This document shows, piece after piece, positions 62,301 through 64,000 of a DNA stretch of 64,000 bases. How positions within the stretch are numbered: the stretch's first letter is position 1; the number at the start of each line of letters is the position of its first letter. Source of the stretch: Hymenobacter sp. B81 (GTDB lineage Bacteria > Bacteroidota > Bacteroidia > Cytophagales > Hymenobacteraceae). Below the pieces are notes generated by a model, which searched no databases, was not told the DNA's origin, and was given only the letters and a program-made list of their open reading frames with translations. The stretch covers positions 370,947 through 434,946 of the forward strand of contig NZ_JBIYZW010000001.1 in NCBI RefSeq assembly GCF_044628455.1. The letters are read 5' to 3'. The position numbers and the translations under genes were made by a program.

Positions 62301-63716
62301 GAGCACGGTGCTGGTGCTGCCGGGGTAGCTGTTGGTATAGCCCACCGCGCCGATGCGGGGCGTCTGGCCGGCGTTGGGGTCGGCGGCGGCGTAGGCCAGG
62401 GTGCCATCGGTGGCGGCCAGCCCGCCCGTGACGGGGTTGAGGCGGTAGTTGGCGCCGTTGGTGCTGACCACCCGGATGCGGTCGACGGTGGGGTTGAAGT
62501 CGAAGCCGATGTTGTCGGAAGCTCCGCCCAGCTCCAGGCGGATGGCCGGCGCTACGGCGGTAGCCGCGCCACTGGCCGGGTTAATCACGTAGAGCTGGGA
62601 GTTGGCGCCCGCCGTGGCCGCGTCGTAGCCCAGGGCCATGAGCTGCCCGGTGTTGGGGCGGAAGTCGGTACCCACGATGGTCTGCCCGGCCGTGACGCCC
62701 GAGAGCGGCACCGCGGAGTTGATGTACTGGGGCGTGCCCGAGTAAAACGAGAGCAGGTTGTTGTTGGTGTTGACGGCGTAGAGCAGCTGACCGCTGGGCG
62801 CTGGGGCGGTGCGGTTGATGCGGATGGCAATGTCGGTGATGCCCACGCCCGTGCCGTTGATGGCCCCGGCCAGGGTGGTATTGCCGTTGGCGGGGTCGAC
62901 GCGGTAGAGCAGCGACACGAACTGGCCGCCCTGCACCTGGTTCACGTTCAAGTAGAACTGCTGGTCGTTGGGCCCGAAGGCCACGATGTCCAGGTCGGTG
63001 CTGGCGCCGGGGGCGTTGATGGGCGTGGGGTTGCCCAGGGCCGTGGGGGCGAGCGTCAGCACGGTGTTCTGGGTGCCGGCGTTGGGCGGGTTCTGAATCA
63101 GCAGCTGGGAGCGTTGCTCATCGATGGTGTAGAGCGTAGTGGTAGCGGCCCCGATGTAGGAGTTGGTGTAGGCGGCCGCGCCCACGTAGGGGTTCTGCCC
63201 GGCGTTGGAGTCGCCGGCGGCAAAGGCCAGGGTGCCGTCGGTGGTGACGGCCCCGGTGACGGGGTGCAGGCGGTAGTTGGCGTCGTTGGTGCTCACGACG
63301 CGGATGCGGTCCACCGTGGGGTTGAAGTCGAAGCCGATGCGCTCGGCGGCACTGCCCAGGTTCAGGGTCATGGCGGCGCCCACGGGCGTGGCCACGGCCG
63401 TGGTCTGGTCGATGACGTAGAGGCGGGCGCGGGTGCTGTCGGCGTTGTAACCCAGGGCGTAGAGCTGGCCGGTGGCGGGGCGGAAGTCGAGGCCCACCAG
63501 CGCCTGGCCGGGCGCCACGCCGGTAATGGCCACGCGGGTTTGCGAGGTAGCCGGGCTGGCCAGGTTCACCGAGGTCAGGTCGGTGCCGGAAAGGCCGAAC
63601 ACCACCTGGGCCTGCACCGACGAGACGGTGCCCAGCCCGAGCGTGCCGACGGCCAGCACCGCGCAGGTGCGACGCCAGAACCCGGAAGAAGGGGAGAAGG
63701 GTACTGCTGTGTTCAT
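59316..63716 (-). CDS. 1,466-aa secreted protein with four DUF4394-like repeats and a C-terminal T9SS (Por) sorting domain
   Basis: Signal peptide; four repeats of (G.DFRP.TGQLYALGY...LY.I...TGAAT.VG......LG....IGFDFNPTVDRIRVVS..G.NYRL.P.TG); C-terminal VFPNPARTQVTLGL...GVYTLRLSTAQGMVNKRLVVE CTD. ATG at 63714-63716. Confidence 0.8.
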   Translation of the reverse strand: MNTAVPFSPSSGFWRRTCAVLAVGTLGLGTVSSVQAQVVFGLSGTDLTSVNLASPATSQTRVAITGVAPGQALVGLDFRPATGQLYALGYNADSTRARLYVIDQTTAVATPVGAAMTLNLGSAAERIGFDFNPTVDRIRVVSTNDANYRLHPVTGAVTTDGTLAFAAGDSNAGQNPYVGAAAYTNSYIGAATTTLYTIDEQRSQLLIQNPPNAGTQNTVLTLAPTALGNPTPINAPGASTDLDIVAFGPNDQQFYLNVNQVQGGQFVSLLYRVDPANGNTTLAGAINGTGVGITDIAIRINRTAPAPSGQLLYAVNTNNNLLSFYSGTPQYINSAVPLSGVTAGQTIVGTDFRPNTGQLMALGYDAATAGANSQLYVINPASGAATAVAPAIRLELGGASDNIGFDFNPTVDRIRVVSTNGANYRLNPVTGGLAATDGTLAYAAADPNAGQTPRIGAVGYTNSYPGSTSTVLFDIDEALSILAIQNPPNAGTLNTVGNPTGLALNPANALVDLDIYYDRGSSVNRAFLTANPNGQNTSNLYTLDLTSGAPTLAGAIGLGIPVRDVAAQLMGANDSLALVGRLLYGVAGGNLVSFDSGNPGVIRSAVNITGLPATQVLVGADFRPATGQLLALGYNATTQEGQLYSLNLTSGALTAIGALQTLNLGTTANAIGFDFNPTVDRIRITSAANQANLRMNPADGAFLVDGTLSNPGGTPTISGAAYTNNDNNANTGTTLYGYDQARQVLLRSTNANAGTYVDQGPSGITVNPGVDFDVYSDLTDPDAPANAAFLVASPTGSAADNLYSVNLSTGGASLLGRIGAGSNLTSVAAFLTPGPVITGALTWTGAVSTDWGTAGNWSPAQVPGANDDVIIPNVANDPVVSGAQQARNLTLGSGATLTTNDGGVLTLAGNFQNNGGSTSGAGTGEVRFTGPAAQTIAGSMTMFHNLTAGPAGVVASGPVQVQRVLTLNGNLASNGNLTLLSNAAGTAHVINNGAAVVQGTATVQRYISPALNPGPGYRHYSAPVSGSTVADLATPGYTPVVNPAYNTSPTPTLVTPFPTVFGYDEQRVNTSGNPVPQDFDKGFFSPGSLGDALVVGRGYTVNIPASQTVDFVGTLNNGPIAVSGLTRGPQAESGWHLLGNPYPSPINWDLVSRSSVDAAVYVYRATGPYAGTYSTYVANGVGTNGGTNVIGTGQGFFVRASVSAAAVVRAVSFDNDDRLTTYASPVFQRGAATAPLVRLELRAATGAADDAVVYFEPGATAGFDAALDAYKLLAGNGPALASEMSPAALLSVNALPALAAADVTVPLRVQAQPGSYTLQATELLRLPAGRFAYLRDALTGAVVDLAQQPAYTFAVAAGAPVSGRFSLLVSSRQVLATAPASLSQQVAVFPNPARTQVTLGLPAALRQQPVAVSLVNSLGQVVRRHELPAARTADAPALSLSGVAPGVYTLRLSTAQGMVNKRLVVE

Positions 63717-63875
63717 ACTAAGGTTGTGGAAGAGTGAAGGTGAACAGACCGGTACTCCCGCCGGCGGACAGCCGCGGGGCGGGCAACGGGGAAAGCTACG
63801 TAAGCGCGGGAAAAGCAGATTGGATTATCGGTGATTAAATTAAGATTAAGAAGCAGTGGGGGCCTGGCTTCCGGA

Positions 63876-63920
63876 CCTCACCCCCCCGGCCCCCTCTCCG
63901 GGAGGAGAGGGGGAGCCAGG
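63876..63920. repeat. Palindromic element copy 3 (ACCTCACCCCCCCGGCCCCCTCTCCGGGAGGAGAGGGGGAGCCAGG)
   Basis: Same CCCCCTCTCC / GGAGAGGGGG inverted-repeat core, intergenic upstream of the DUF4394 gene. Confidence 0.7.
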
Positions 63921-64000
63921 AGTTGATAGCTAGCAGCTGGTGTACGGAGAGAGGGCACGGCGGCGCGGAGTAAAGAAGTGGGGCCACGGCTTGGAGCCGT

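Noticed and set aside
1-64000. CRISPR arrays, canonical rRNA/tRNA genes, IS elements with transposase genes
   Set aside because: Scanned for regularly spaced direct repeats and transposase-like ORFs and found none. The only repeat families seen are the tRNA-like array and the short GGAGAGGGGG palindromes.

Overview
High-GC (~68%) window with Bacteroidota hallmarks (SusC/SusD pair, T9SS C-terminal sorting domains, lipoprotein signal peptides). This is consistent with a Hymenobacter-like Cytophagia genome but I cannot verify it without a search. Layout: (i) 1-21.4 kb: NHL-repeat protein, a convergent LuxR-type response regulator and TPR/HisKA_3 histidine kinase, a DUF6377-like TPR/TM/HTH regulator, and a starch/alpha-glucan PUL (SusC, SusD, three GH13 amylases, GH97, divergent GH2). 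(ii) 21.4-32 kb: overlapping HipA-like kinase and DUF3037 pair, solo ABC ATPase, three small hypotheticals, methyltransferase, PhaB-like SDR, RsbQ-like hydrolase translationally coupled to a PAS histidine kinase, PAS-LuxR regulator, PAP2 phosphatase. (iii) 32.6-44 kb: an ~11 kb minus-strand cluster with hypothetical-PspA-YqiJ/NfeD-like-small ORF-flotillin-DUF3592-like, followed by a 1,654-aa giant protein with a C-terminal MoxR-like AAA+ module and a tandem array of three DUF3592 genes. One array member is a low-GC inserted cassette, followed by an orphan 3' fragment of a giant-gene homolog. (iv) 44-50 kb: XRE/S24 regulator, MaoC, TetR-regulated DUF3592 and hydrolase, J-domain/HDAC/NUDIX operon. 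(v) 50.9-58.9 kb: RNA-repair island with PcfJ-like gene, Rsr (Ro60 TROVE-vWA), a ~0.95 kb tandem array of about six tRNA-like (Y RNA-like) ncRNA units, two RtcB paralogs and an XRE regulator. (vi) A small PEP-CTERM-like ORF and a 1,466-aa DUF4394-repeat T9SS cargo protein. A short CCCCCTCTCC/GGAGAGGGGG palindromic element occurs three times, once in-frame inside the giant gene. No CRISPR array and no canonical tRNA/rRNA genes were seen. Most long ORFs in the track that overlap these genes in other frames are high-GC frame artefacts. All family assignments come from reading motifs by eye; none were checked by search.
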